NCBI GenBank assembly: GCA_039000985.1
Contig: JAWBMD010000002.1
Coordinates: 1-64,000, forward strand
Source of the DNA: Candidatus Aenigmatarchaeota archaeon
GTDB lineage: Archaea > Aenigmatarchaeota > Aenigmatarchaeia > CG10238-14 > SpSt-28
DNA length: 64,000 nucleotides
Direction: 5' to 3'
Position 1 is the stretch's first letter; each line of letters opens with the position of its first letter. A program made the position numbers and the translations under genes. Below, in pieces: positions 25,201-40,200 of this stretch. Under the pieces are notes generated by a model. That model had not been told where the DNA came from. It saw nothing but the letters and a program-made list of their open reading frames with translations, and did no database searches.

Positions 25201-28200
25201 ACAGAATTATTGCCTTGTATTAAAGTTATGCTCACCGAATTCTTGGTGATGTTTGGCCCTTGCGTTATTCCAAGAGTTTCAGAGGTATTCACAGAGTTGA
25301 AAGTATCATTCACAACAAAATAGAAGCTCGCATTGCTTTGATCTAAGCAAGTAAAATCGTTAACGACAACATAACATGTTCCTGGGGTCGAGGTCGAGTT
25401 GGAACCCTTGAAAACGAAGCCTCCTGTCGTGTTAACGTATAGCTTGCAAGTGACAGTATCATTTTCCTGGTCAGTGACATAAGCTGAAAAATTATATATA
25501 GCTCCCCACCCACCTACATTTGGAGAAACTTGCAGATTGCTAACAACAGGAGCCCAATTCTTGAGATAGAACCAGCTTGTATAATTGGTGTTGTTTGAGT
25601 TATAGTTGAGTTTTGACGCTTGTATGTTAATAGTCCAGTTTCCTTGTGGTTGGGAGGTTGAGTTCCAAGTGCAGTTGTAATTGCCAGGGAAGGGTTCATT
25701 TATTTCCACGCATGTAGAAATGTTGTTGAAATTGTAAAGGTTTAGAGTATTTGTAACTTCACTTATATTTCCAGAATCATAAGCTCCTGCAATACCATAA
25801 CAATCTGAATAAACGTTCCAGCCTATGTTGATTAAGTTTGTCACGTTGAACTCGGAGAATTTCGGTGGCTTATATAAGTTAGTTTTTAGCTGACCTCTTA
25901 TGTTGAAGCTAGCTTCTGTCATGTTCGTGTCGGCGTAGCAATCATTGCCTGAAATTCCAACTTTCCAGTATTGCAGACCTACAGCATAGCTACAGTTTGG
26001 ATTAAAGCTTATACCCATATGTCCAGTAGAATTAACTGTAGCGTACCATCCAGAATCCCATGTGGGAATGGTTGGTTCTTTGGTAAACCAAAACATTCCA
26101 CTTATTATACCATCTGGCTCTTCAGAAATATTTACCCAATCTCCCCTATCTGTATCATTAACTCTAACAACAAATGTTCCCGATTCTTCCCCTTCTCGGT
26201 TTATTATTGAAGTTGATTGAACGATTTGGAAATTCACATTATCCTTTTCTAAAGTTGCCGTGAAGGAAGAAGTTTCATTCTTTAATCCATAGCTATCCGT
26301 GGCATTGAACTTGAAGTAAATGGTTGGCCCATTTAGATAGTCTGAGCAAGATAATGTTGGGTAAAAGTTAACATTGCAACCAGCCGCGCATCCAGTTTTG
26401 GTTTGAGAATCAACATAAATCCAATTAGCTCCATCGTAAGATTTCCACAAGTTTACAGTTATGGTATCTCCTGTATCTGGATCTGTTACAGTAACATTTA
26501 CGGTGAAATTGTATCCCCAGCCTTCGCTAGTTGGATAAACTTGCCAGTTCGTCAGAATTGGTTTCTTCCTCACTTGAAAAGCATTTTGCTTGAGCGAATA
26601 GGTATCGTTATAGTAAATTTTACTTGCATTCATTGTTATATTGAACCAGCCTATACGTCCTGTTGTATCGAAATTACAGGAATAATTGCCATTTCCTAGA
26701 TCGTTTGCTGGCTCTGGGGAGCATGAAAAATCGCCAGGATGGATTCTAAATATCACGCTGGCACCAGAAACATGCTGAGAACATTCATCCTGCAGCCTAC
26801 CAATTATTTGAACAATTTCTCCTTCATCATAAACTTCACCATTTGGTTGCAAGATAGAACCTGAAAGTTCTGTGTAAATGTTAACCGTGAAGTTTTCACT
26901 TTGGTTGCCGAAGTAGTAAGCATTGCCATCGAAGACAGCCTTCCATTTCTTCTCTCCAACTGTATAGCTACAATCCGGATCGAAATTGATGGTTAAGTAA
27001 CCATCAAGAGATGTATTTATCCATTGTCCCCAGCTTCCATCCTTAGTAACATTCATGTACGTGCCAGATGGTGGTGTATATGGCAAGTTGGTAAACATGT
27101 CGTAGAGCCTTGCTTGCAAGATTGTTACATTATTGCCAATTCTGCTGACCCAAGAATTGTTGCCTTGCGAATAAATCCAGTAAGTATTTCTCTTTGTGAC
27201 GTTGAAAGTCCCAGTAGAAGTTTCATTAGTTCCACCATGTAAATCGCTTGCATTTATGAACCATTCGTAATCTCCAACATCAGTCCCAGAAGTATAAGAT
27301 TTGCTCAAGATGACTTGCGTATTTATACAGTCTATGCAAAGCGTTGAATTTACTAGGCTGAAGCTTCCAGCTGGCAACTTTCTTATCCATAAGCTCACGT
27401 TCACTGTATCGTCATCATCAGTGACATAGACTTTGAATGTGAACGTTGAGCCCCATGGTGCTTGCGTCGGACTGACAAAAGCTCCACTCAATTGAGGTGG
27501 CACTTGGTGGAAGAAAACTTGGCTTCTAACTTTTGTTCCGTTATTATAATAGCTTCTAGAGGAATTCATCTCAACCCCATACCAACCTGAGGGATTGTTT
27601 GAAATGTTCCATGTGCAATTATACCAAGCTGGTTGCGGCTCAGCATTTGCTGGATCTGGCTCACAAATTGCGCTAAAAGTATCATGCATGACTTTGAACT
27701 TTACTGTTGCATCGCTTATATTAACTCTACACTCATCTGTCACATTGCCACGTATGGTTACATTCTGATTCGAGTAGTATATATCTCCATTTGGATAAGC
27801 CACTGTGTTGTTCAACCATCCTCTTATGTTCGTGATTAAGGTTAAGGTTGAGTTAACATCCTTGTAGCAAGAATCAGAGTAAGTTCCACCCTTCCAGTAT
27901 TGCACGCTAGCGTTATATAAAGGATTACATGTTGGGGTAAAGTAAACCCCCAAGTAACCCTGCTCATCTGTAGTATTGGACCAGCCAGAATCGTAATTGA
28001 CCTGATCTAAAGTTACCCATATTTTCCCCTGCACGTTGGAAGGAACATAAGATTTATTATCTGAATCATAAATCCTAACCCTTAGCAGGACTGAGCCAGC
28101 ATTTCTGTCCACCCAAGAATTGTTTCCTTCTGATAAGCCAGAATATTGAATCTCAACATCATCTTTTGTTAAAGTGAAATTGATCCCTACTCTATCTGTT

Positions 28201-31200
28201 GTATTGTGTGCATCACTAGCATTAAACTTGAAATATCTTACTCCTATATCTGAGCAAGAATAGCCCTTGTAATAAAATGTTAATTCAGTTTCAGCACCAC
28301 AATTATAACAAATTTGGGAGGAAACATAGCTCCAAGTTTGATTGTCTGGAGAAAGCCATAGGCTAACGTTAACATCTTCAGCATTTACATCGCTAACATT
28401 TACTTTGAAAGTGAAGTTCTCACCCCATCCCCAATCTTGTTCTGGCAAAACAGTTTCGTTCTTTAAGACAGGAGGTTGCCATGTTTGTATTATTCTGAAT
28501 GAATTTTGTTTCAAAATTGTTCCATTATTGTAATAAGTAACGTTAGTTGCGTTCATCCTTACATTGTACCAACCTTCTGGTGCTTCAGTTGCATTGAATG
28601 TACAATTGTAAGTTCCATTTCCAAAGCTATTCACTGGTAAGCATTCGAATTGATTTCCAAACCCAACGCTTATTGTTGTGAAGTTAACAGTTGCATCTGT
28701 TATATTATGTAGATTGCATTCATCCCTTACATCACCATAAATTGGAATGTAGAGGTAAAGCTCCCTGTAATAAGTTTGTCCGTCTGGAAAAGTAACGTTT
28801 GGTATCAAGTCTCCTATTATTGTAACGTTGAAAGTTGAGGAACTTGCATCTTTATAGCAAGAGTCAGCAGAAGTATAGCCATACCAATTTCTTTTTCCTG
28901 CATCATAGCTACAAGATGGATTGAAATTGTATTCTACATATCCCGAGCTATTAGTTGTATTGGAACCATCTTCAAGATAAGCAGTACCATTGTGAACTTT
29001 AAACCAAACTTGCGGTTTTGTTAATGCTCCAAGAATTGTGTAAGCTGGTTGATTCTTGTCTGTGTCATTAACATACAAAATAAACTTTGTTGTATAGCTT
29101 CCATTCCTGTTTACTTGACTTTCATTTCCTTCTACATAATTAAAAGCTATATCATCTTTTGTTAAAACATGACTTTGTGCAGAAGTGTTTGAATAAGTTT
29201 CTGGAACTCCTGGCTCGCTTGCATTAAAAGCAAAATATCTCAAGCTAGCAGCTTGGTATTCACTGCAAGTGTAATCCCTGGTGAAATTCACAAGCTTGTT
29301 TGTTGGATCAGAAACGAATTTACATTCTGTTACACTCCATGGATCAGATGGAGAAGTTCTTTCTAGCAAACAAACATTTATGCCAGCATAATGATTTACT
29401 ATTACACTAAAGTTATGGATTTCTCCCCAGCTCCCATCTCCTGGATAAGTTACTTGTGGATTTATTAGCTCAACTGGAGTAATAAGGAAGAATGCATTTT
29501 GCCTAAAATAGCTCCCATTGATATAATAATCTTTTGAGGATTCCATTGTAACATTATACCATCCACCAGCCTTATTTGAAGAATCCCAAGTACAATTATA
29601 GAAATTACCGGTAGTATTTGTTACATAGCCTGAGGATGGACAATAATAAACATTGGAGCCAGATTGCAATTTAAATCTTACTTGAGCTCCTATTACAGGC
29701 TGAGAACAATCATCAATTACTATTCCACTTAATTCAATTAAGCTTCCAGCAGTATAATTAACTGTTCCATCAGGTTTTTCCAAAGTATTTGTTAGGCTTC
29801 CAAATATTGTAACATAGAATTCTTCTGAGCTATTATTTGCATAGCAAGCATGAGTTGAATTAACTTTCCATTTCCTTAATCCTGGCAAATATTCACACCC
29901 TGGATTGAAATCCAAGTAATAATGAGTTTCATTACTGGTTTCAAACTCTTCTTTCCAATTTGTTGAATCATTCATAACCCAAGTTTTTACGTTAGTAGTT
30001 GGAATAACAGTTATGTAATTATTCAAAACCAAGTTCCAAATTTGTACTGAAAGTCTCGTTGTATTGTTTGGAGCAGAATCGCTTCTATTAACTATAGTAT
30101 TGTTTCCTTCACCATAATTTATTGAAATTGCTGATTTTGTAACATTGAAAGTAATAATTGAAGTTTCATTTGTGAAGCTTGTTACTGAGCTTGCATTGAA
30201 TTTAGCTTGCCATGTTCCAATATTTTCGCAAGTGAAGTTCTTTTGAGTTAAGAAGTAATAGTTATTACAATTGCTACAAAAAGTTGAGTTTTCTGTGTAC
30301 CACTCGACACTTGCATTCTTTAGCCAAAGTTTTGTCAATACAGTTTCATTATCTTCACTTGTAATATAAACTGAAAAGTTGAATGGTTTTATTTCCCAGC
30401 TTCCTTCTGGATAAGGTTTAACTTGTGGATTATCAAGCTTTGGAACAGTTGCAATGAAGAAAGCATTTTGTTTGAAGTAAGTTCCATTCCAATATTTTCC
30501 AGCTTCACTTCCTTCAGCAAAAGCTATCATTGTAACATTATACCAACCAAGAGGAGCATCATATGGAACTTGCCAGCTTGCTGAAGTTAAGCTGGCAAGA
30601 ATAACATAAGTTGTATCTCCATGGCTAATTCTATATTCAGCTCCAAATTTAGCAGCATCAGTTTTCACATCATTGCAATCATCTTTTATAACTCCATTAA
30701 AGTTTATTGTTTGGCCTCTAGTGAAATTTTGTTCACCTAATGGTTGAGTTAAATAGCTATTTGATAAGTCTCCCACTAACCAGAAAGGCATTATTGAAGT
30801 TATGTTATCTTTATAGGTTGATGCTCCAGTTACTCCTCCTTTCCAATAGTTTTGTCCAAGGTAATAATCGCTAACTTTACACCAGCTATCGGATGAATTT
30901 TGCATACTTCTTACTAAATGACCTGTTTGGTTTGCTGAAATTGCTGGAGAAGAATCAAAGGTTTCATTGCTACCAAATTTTGAAATAAATATTTTTCCCC
31001 TCCCCTCATCTAATTGTCCTGCTTGTAAGTAACCAGGATAGCTTTGATTATCTCTATCCCAAACCTGTAAAACAAAATTCGTTATTGTACTTCTGTTAAC
31101 TGTGGAATTCCAAATTGGAGTTATATTGTAAACATTTATTTCATCTGCCTCTATTAAATAACCATAGCCTGGTAATTCTGAATTACCATCTGCATTTGTT

Positions 31201-34200
31201 GCATTAAATTTGAAATTCCAACTTCCTATATCGCTACCTATATAATCATAAGTAAAATTAGCTTGAGTCCATTGGTAGCAAGAATAACAAGTCCAACTTC
31301 CAATTAAGGAATAGTCAGTAATTCCTTTTCTATGCCATGCATAAACTATAACATCTCTTCCAAATCTATCCCTTACCATTACACTAAAGTTAAATTGTTC
31401 ACCCCAGCCACCAACTGTTCTTGCTTTATCTCCATTTATATATAAGGTTGCATTTTCAAGCAAAGGAGCATAAGCGTAAATTTTAGTTTTTGCAAAAAGT
31501 TCTTGCTTTTCTTCAAAAAGCTTTCCAGTTTTCCAAGTATAAGCAATTTTTTCTATTGTTAAATTGGACTTTGGATCGTAAGTTGCATCTGTATAAGAGT
31601 TTAATTCAATATTCCTGCTTGCCGAAATAAATTTCTCTTGCTCATTTTCATCTATGCTATAATTACTCCAAACTTTTTCACTTGAAGAACTTAATGAATA
31701 ATTCTGCCAAGCAATTTTATAATTAAGCAAATCATCAGTAAAGCTAACAGAAGCTTGTCCAATAGTTACGTTCTGTCCCTTCCATTCATAACTTATTAAA
31801 AAGTTTATTTCTTTAAGCTTTTCATATCTTGCATTACTTGGCTTAGTAAATGTATAGACTTGATTTAATGAACAACTTGAACCGAAGCAATTTATGTTGG
31901 TATCATTAACAAAGCTTGTTTCACTTTTTGTATCTTTTATTCCCTCTGCTATAAAAACTTTTTTCCCTATGGAAGAACAGTTAAGGGTAAAGTTTAATCT
32001 AATACTTGAATAAACAGCTAAATCAGGAAGTTGCCATGTAATCTTTCTTGAAGTTTCATTCCAAGATCCTGAATTGTATATTTGTTTAACTTCACAACTT
32101 TCTGGTATTTTTATGCTTACATTCCAATTGCTTGCTAATATATCTCCAACATTGGTTACTTTTAAGCTATAATTATAATCTTTGTTTAATTGAGCAGATC
32201 TTGGTTCTGACCATGGATAATCAGCTTGTTGCAAAACATCTAAATCAAATTCTAAATGGGATTCTTGTGTATAATTGAAGGTTTGAATAACATAGGCTTT
32301 CTCTTCTTGTAAGTTTTTATTTTCCCAGCTTACATTATATCTTAAGCTTCCTTGCTGGCTTAAACCTGGAGGAGATTTAACTTGGTAAGTTAAAACTGCA
32401 TACTTGTTTATCCCTATTGAGCCAAGTTGCCATGTTATTACATTGTTTATCAAATCAACTGAACTTGAAATTAATTGAACATCATCTCCATACTCATTTG
32501 TTTTTATTGATGGATTTGCAGGAGTCCAACCTGTAGATAAAACTTCTTTAACTATTGTTGTTCCACTTGTAGCAGCACATCCCTTGTTATGAATTGTTAA
32601 TTGAGAATCGAAAACAGTATCTTTTCCAATCACTTTAGGAGTTTCTCTCACTACTTCTAAAATAGCAATGCTATTACTTTCCTCTATTGTAAAACTTGCT
32701 TTTCTTGATTTTTGAGTTCCGGGATATACATAACTAATAGTTGCATTAACAATTGCAATTTCACTTTCAGCATTACTTGAAGTTAGGTTAAAACTTAAAG
32801 TATAATTTCCAGGAGAACTTACAGTTATTAGTTGATAGCTTGGACTATAGCTCCAGCCAGTTGGTACTTCCAAGCTAACATTGTACTGAATAGTATCAAT
32901 AAATGGATGAACAATTGTTATATTGTATTGTTCTGTTGTAGAATTACACATCCAATTGCTTGCTTCGCTTTCAACAACTATATCCTTGAAAATTAATTGC
33001 TCACTTCTTTCTGTTGATTTGGAATCATAGCTTAAGAAAGCCTTTAAGTTATAGATATCAGGAAGCCATGTAGATGTATTTATGTTGTTAAAATTAAACA
33101 AGCTAATTGAATTTGCTTGAATATTTACTGATTGAGAAGAATAGTTAACCAAATAACCTGAGCTATTTGTTATGTTTAACCATAGTATAGCGGAGAAGCT
33201 TATTGGATTTGAATTTGCAATTCTTATTGTAACATTAAATAATTCTTCACTAGTTTCTAAGCCAGTTGTAGACGTCTCACCAATTTTTACTTCTATATCT
33301 TGTATTTGAACAGTTTCATTGTAATAAGCGGATAGTAAAACTTGAGTTATGTTAATTGAATTGCTTCCTATATTGCTTATTTTAACTTTACAATATCCAG
33401 TTTCATTTGCGTTTAACTGATTTTGTAATATAGGAACAAAATCTGTTCTACTTCCAGTTAGATTAATTTTGTAGCTGTGTAAAATATCTATCCAATCACT
33501 TCCATTATAAACTTCTACTCTTAGCAAAACTTCTTTTGGTTGAGTGCTAATATTAGTTGAGCTAATAGTTAAATTAGCAATTCTATAGCTTCCTGCTTCA
33601 CAATCCCAGCTAAATATCTTATTTTCACCAGGGAGCAATTCTATTGGTAAGGATTCTAATGGCAATGAAACAGGTTTTAGCTTGTAGACAATAAATTTGC
33701 TTGATATTAAAGTATCGTTTCCGGCATTGCTTGAATTAGCAAAAACAGTTACATTAGCTTCTCCATAGCTAGTGGCATTAACACGCCACCAAACTCTTTT
33801 ATATTCACCAGGTGAAATACTTCCTAAATTCTTTGTTGGCTCATCAACTTCCCAACCTTGTGGAACAGTTATTGTAACATTAACATTCTCTGCAGTTGCA
33901 ATCCATGATGTAATTGTTGCATTTATAGTAAAGTTTCTGTAAACAAAAACTTCTTTTGGGGTTAAGATTTCAAAAACATCAACTTGAGGAACACAACCTG
34001 GCAATTGAATTGTTATTGTAAAGTTTTCACTAGCATTTGGTTTATAATTTGGTTCAGTTGAGTTAATTTCAGCTGCCCAGAATTGGCTACCTTCATACCA
34101 TCCTACACATGTTGTTACATTAAGCAAAAATCTTGCATAACCTTCTTCATCTGTATAATTGCTTCCTATTATTTTGTAACCTCCTGGATAACCATTATAT

Positions 34201-37200
34201 AATTTGAAAGTTACAAGAGCTGAAGGATTTGTTACATTATAAGTTTGTCTATCCAAATCATAAACTCTAACTACAAGCCATTGAGGTTGAATATATATAA
34301 TAACTGTAGTATTGTTTCCCTGACCACCATAGCTAATATTTACATCATCTTTTTCAACAGTTACAGATAAAACTTGAGGAGTTTCAGCTCCATCCATCTT
34401 AAATTGATAATACCAAATTCCTTGTTGGCTTGCTGTAAAGTTCCTATACCAATATTTTGTTGAATTAATGCAATTAAAACATTCTGTTGGAGTTTGGTTT
34501 AAGCAAGTTGGAGCATCACATTTAAAAATTGGTGGCCAAGCAGTATGCATATACAAGCTAACATTTAAAACATTTTCACTATCTCCGCTACTAGCTTTAA
34601 CTGAAAAGTTCCAGTTTGGATATCCCCATCCTTCTATTGTTGGAATTGCAGTTGGTTCTTCTAACTTTTTAACTGGATGTAAGTAGAATAAGCCCGGAAC
34701 TCCTAAGTTGGTAGTTATATTATCATAATGATAGCTTCTATTAGCAATCATAGTTGTATTATACCAGCCCATTGGAGTTGTTATATCTGTAACCCAATCA
34801 CAAGTATAAGCATTAGCACCAACTTGGCTTACTGGAGAGCATTCAAAGCTTTGCTCACTTTTATTTGCAAAGTATCTTACTGTTGTTGTTAATGGATCGC
34901 CACAATCGTCAGTAGTAGCTCCTAAGAAAGGAACTTCTTGTTCTTGCGTATAATTAGTTGAGCCATCTGGCTTTGAAAATTGTAGAATAATATCTCCAGT
35001 AACCAAAACTGAAAGATTGTAATAGCTTTCAGTAGAATTATCTTGATAACAAGCTTGTCCAGAAACAACAGCTTTCCATTTTTGATTTCCTACATTATAT
35101 TTTGGTGAACATTTTGCTTGGAAGTAATAATTAGCATAAGCAGAAGAATTTGTTGTATTACTTGTACCAGAATCATAAATTGAGCCATCTAAAGTTACAT
35201 AAAATGTAATTGGCAAATTTGTAATTAAAGTGTTGTTTTTATCTCTAACTCTTAATGCAAGCAAAGTTGTTGTCTTTCCTCTCCTATTTTCAGTATTATT
35301 TCCAATTATATCTTCAAATATCACTTTATCTTTTGTTATTGTGAATGTTGTTGAAGTTGAGTTTGTTGTTCCTGCATTGTTTGTTGCGTTGAATTTTGCA
35401 AATACAGGCGAACCTATATCTTCACAATCAGCATCAAATGTGAATGTGAAATTTCTCCATGGTCCTGTAGATGAACCAGGAGCAGGATAGCTATCACAAC
35501 CAACTAATTTCCAAGGTTCACTACCAGTTTTACTAAAGTAGGAACAAATAATTACACCATTATTCGAATTTCTCACTCTCACACTTATGTTAAAAGTAAA
35601 GTTGAAACCCCATGAGCCAGTTGAAGTCCCAGTTTCGTCAGAAATTATTAGCGGATTTTCCATTTCAATTATCGCAGGTGGTGCATTTAAAGTTACATCT
35701 TTGCATGCCACAACTTTAGTAGAATTTTCTGTCGCGTTTGCTTTTATACAAAATCTTATTGTTCCTGGAGATACACCGCTTGTATTAACGATGTAAGTAT
35801 AATCAACATGAGCAACTTTAGATTGTTTTGGTCCAATTGTTTTGAAGTAAGTTAAGTTGCTAATTTGTTGTGTAAAGTTTTTAATTACAAGATTTTCTAA
35901 GCCTGAAATTGGAGTTGTGTTTGTATAGTTAATTTCAATTATTACATTGGTTGCATTTCCAGGGCCATTGTTGTAAATTGTTGAGGAAATGTTGAAAATA
36001 TCACCAGCAAAAATTGGTGGGTTAGTTATTTCTCCTTTTTTAGTTGTGGGTTCGCTAACGCTTAAAGAAGCACCACAAGCTATGAAAATTGTGTAATTTT
36101 CATCGTAAAATGTTAAGCTTGCATTTTTTGGTTGAGCAAAGAAAGTGAAAGTTCCATTTGTTTGGTAAGGAATTGAAATTAGATAGGAATAATTTTTTGC
36201 ATTATCTTTTCCTGTAACACCAAAATTTATACTACCACCCCAATTAATTAATCTAGATTGAATGTAATAGGTTGGTGTTGGATTAAAATAAGAAAATTGC
36301 AAATCACCTGGATGAGTTACAGAAACATTTTCTTTATTTTCAGTTACATTGAAATTCATTGCAGGTAAATTACCTTTGTTAAAAACTTGTAACTTAGTTG
36401 AAAAATTACCACATGCAAAAAATGATGGAAAATCTAACTGTTCATCTACTGAAGTAGTATTGTAATATCTTACAGTTTTTAGAAATGGCGCTCGAATAGT
36501 TAAAACACTTCTATCTAAATGAAATATATAAGCTTTATTTATCCTTCCCCACCCAATATAGTTTGTTAATAGAACTTTACCCCCCGGTATTACTTTACCA
36601 GCTGAAACTACGTTTGTAATAAATTCAATATAATTTGCTTCACTTACACCTTGTGGCGATGAAGATGCACCAATTCGCATAACAGTACCGGTTGAATTTC
36701 TTATTCCTATCATTCTATATGGAGAGAATTTTACTATCCACCCTTCTTCTTCTGAACCCAAAGGATAACCCGGTTCTGGGTCAACTACCACGTTAGCGAG
36801 ACCATTTAAATCAATTATTCTAAAATTAGTCGGTTTCGTAAAACCTGGAGGGATAAAAATCTCTACATAATGAATTAAAGCACCTCTAGTTGACTCAACT
36901 GTACCTGTATAATCTGTACCACCAAGTTTTTGTATTATTCTTAAAGGTAAATTTTGTCCAGGTAATACAGTAGTTTCATTAAGTTTTGATGATATCGTTG
37001 GGTTTTTTATTGTAGTACTAGCTGAAGTTAATGATACATGTTTTTGTATAACCGATCTGATTTCTCCTGTAGATGGATCTTTCCACTCTACGGTTAAATA
37101 AAAGGTTTCTTCTCCTACATCATCACTAGGCCTGTATGGTATCTCAGCTCGAAAACAGGAAGATGTATTTAAATTAACGTTATACCACCTTAAAACTGTT

Positions 37201-40200
37201 CCACCAGATTCATTAACATTTGGTTGAGGAACAGCTGGAGTACTTTCAGTAGAAAAGTATCTAAGTAATCCTGTTGTTTGATCTGTAATATTTACTGTTA
37301 AATTATAATCTCCATAATTACAAACATAAATTACTCTTATATCTCTGAAGCAATAGTAGCTTCCAGCACAATATGTAGAATGATCTATATTGTTATCGCA
37401 GCTAGTGCCATAAGAGCTTTCACAGTTTGAACCAAGCATTCGAGGAGTGGAAGAAAATAGTACTATATCTGTAGATGACTCCGAATCATCAGTATATACA
37501 TCAAAACTTTTTTCATGAGTTACAAGAGAGGATCCTAAAGAAATGTTAACAACAACTTTATATTTTACAGCTTCTATATTGTCTGGAATAAAAACTGTAA
37601 ATGTAACTATAGAAGTATTCCAATTTAGTGCATTTAAAGTTCTTGGTATATTTACCCTTTTTGTCTTACCTTCTACAACGAACCAATCTACTTCTTGATT
37701 GCTTCTAGTATCCAAAATTTTTATTGAAACGTCAGCAGTTTTATCAAAACTTGTATTATAATTAGCTAAAGGTATCACTATCTTTGCTAAATGACCCCTC
37801 AAAACTTTATCAGTAGGCTCACCCGTTGGAGAAAATATCTTTATTGGTCTTATTAAGTTTATATCATATGGATATTTACAATCAATAAGATAAACATATA
37901 AAATATTCGTTTCGAACATAGGGCCAGTTGTTCTTGTTTTTGGTAAAACTCTTATTTTATTTAAACCTAAAGGTGCAGATGGGGTAATAGTAATATTCCA
38001 AACTAAATAGCCATCCCACTCACACTTATCACCATTTGCTGTCGTTGGATTTCTCGTACATGTATCGCCAGTTCCAATGCCACTTTGAGAAGTATGAGGA
38101 TTAGTTTCTCCCGGAAATAGTTTCCAGCCATTTGTTCCTGAGCTTGTTATGGGTTGCCATGTTGGTGTTGCTACTTGAAGCTCCCAATCTTGTAAAATTC
38201 CAGCATCATCATCTGCTTCATCTGTTAGTACTAACCTTAGCGTATAATTCATATTATTTCTACACATAACGACTGCGTCTCTATAAATTTCAAAAGAATT
38301 ATAGACTAAATGATGAACCGCATCCACAGCATATTGTAATGGATTTGTTTTGTAATATGGTAAAAATTTGAAGAAATAATAAACAACATCAACAACTATA
38401 AAAGTCCATGGTTTTATTTCTTTAAATTCATAAGAATTGTTATAGAGAACATATATCGGACCAGCTAAATAAATTGCTGGCTTGACATCTGGGGTTGTAA
38501 AAGTATACCTAAGAACTTTTTCTTCACTTTCATTTAATTTGTTTAAATTCCAAATCAACCAAGTTTCGTTTTCTTTTTTTTCAATTCTTCCACCGTAAAC
38601 AACAATTTCAAGAAAATCGTTTGGCAACTTTTCTATAATAGTTATGTTTTCTACATTAATATTAGATTTAACCTTTATTTCAGCAAGATTTGGATGTCCT
38701 ATATCTATTAAGGTTTTCATTTTTCTCTCTATTTCGAATTCTACAAAATTTCTAACTTCAAAAAAAGATTCATAGGTTGTGTTTAGATTTTGTCCAGTAG
38801 CAATTACTTTTATCGAATAGTTTCCTATCTCATCAGTTTGGTTATAGATTACAAACAAACTGCCATCTAACTCATCATTAGCAAAATCGCCGTTATAACT
38901 ATTATAAACCTTAATTTTTCCAGATGGTGATGTGACAACTAAATTGATTACAGCATCATAAGCTCTTTTTCCTTCCTCATTCAAAACACCAACAATTATT
39001 TTAACATCTTCTCCTGGCAAATAAATTGATTTTGGTGTATTAACAGTAACTAATCCAACTCCAAATTCTGTTTCTTCCTCTTCTAAGACTTCAACAACTT
39101 TTTCCAAAACTTTAAATGGTGTTCTTCCTTTTTCCACAAACTTTTCTTCAATTGTTTTGACTTTCAACTTATACAAACCTGGTCTAAAACTTCTTCCAAA
39201 ATCTAAATCAACAAAATATTTACCATCTTTTTCATAAAAATCAACCTCTTTTTCACTTCCTTCAAGATCTATCAAATAAACCTTTACTTCATTATTTTCA
39301 CTTAACTCTTCTTCTAATTCTATTTCAAATGTAGCTCTTTCTCCTAATCCATAGTTAAACTTTTCCTGTTTAATCTTTGGTTTAAGTCTCAAATGCTTTA
39401 AAACATCAAAACCAAAGATTTTGCTTGTATTTCCAAATTCTGTTTCAGCAAAAATTTCTGCCGTATAAGTTCCAGAATGTTTTGGCAAGAACTCAAAACT
39501 GAACAAAAAGCTACCATCAGTTGATGCTTTATCTTGAAATATTATTTCCCCTTTAGGGTCTTTTATTGCAACAGAAACATTTGAACTTGTTATGCTTTCA
39601 TTTAAACTAACATTTCCATAAATTTTAACATTTTTCCAGATTCTCTTTTCTTTTGTAACATTTTCAACATAAACAAAAGCATTTATAGCTATGTTTTTTT
39701 GTTCACATTTAACTAAAATATCAAAGCTTTTAAAATCTTTGCTTTCATTTGCTTCTGCAGTAATGTTTAAGGTATAATTTCCACATTTGTTTGCTTTTAA
39801 TAACCAAGATACATTAAAGCTTTCATTTTCTCCAACTTGAGCTAAATTTTTTTGCAAGCTTTCAACTATAAATTCTGGTGGAGCTTGCAAGCTAGTAGTA
39901 ACATTAAAAGAAGTAATAAAAGCTTTTACTTCAAATTCTTGCAAAATATTAACAAATAAAGGATGTTCAATTTTTTCTATCTTGATTTCAGGTTTAACTT
40001 GAGCAATATTTTCCAAAGCGCTACTTTCATTTTGGGTAATGTTAATTATTCCAATTTCAGTTTCATTCCAATTTCCTGCTAAATCAAAAGCATAGAATTT
40101 AAAAGCTATTGTTCCACTCGAATTTACTATTTTAGTAATATTGCTCCAACCTTCTAAAACATTAAGATTGGATGACCAAACAGCTTTACTACCACGCTTA

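Noticed and set aside
13340..31420. CRISPR array or DGR template/variable repeats
   Set aside because: Repeats are ~1 kb, degenerate and visible only at protein level; no identical short repeats with spacers, no cas gene and no reverse transcriptase in the window.
6562..35796. Numerous 60-226-aa ORFs, nearly all on the + strand, inside the giant gene
   Set aside because: Antisense or alternative-frame shadows of the long coding frame; no recognisable motifs.
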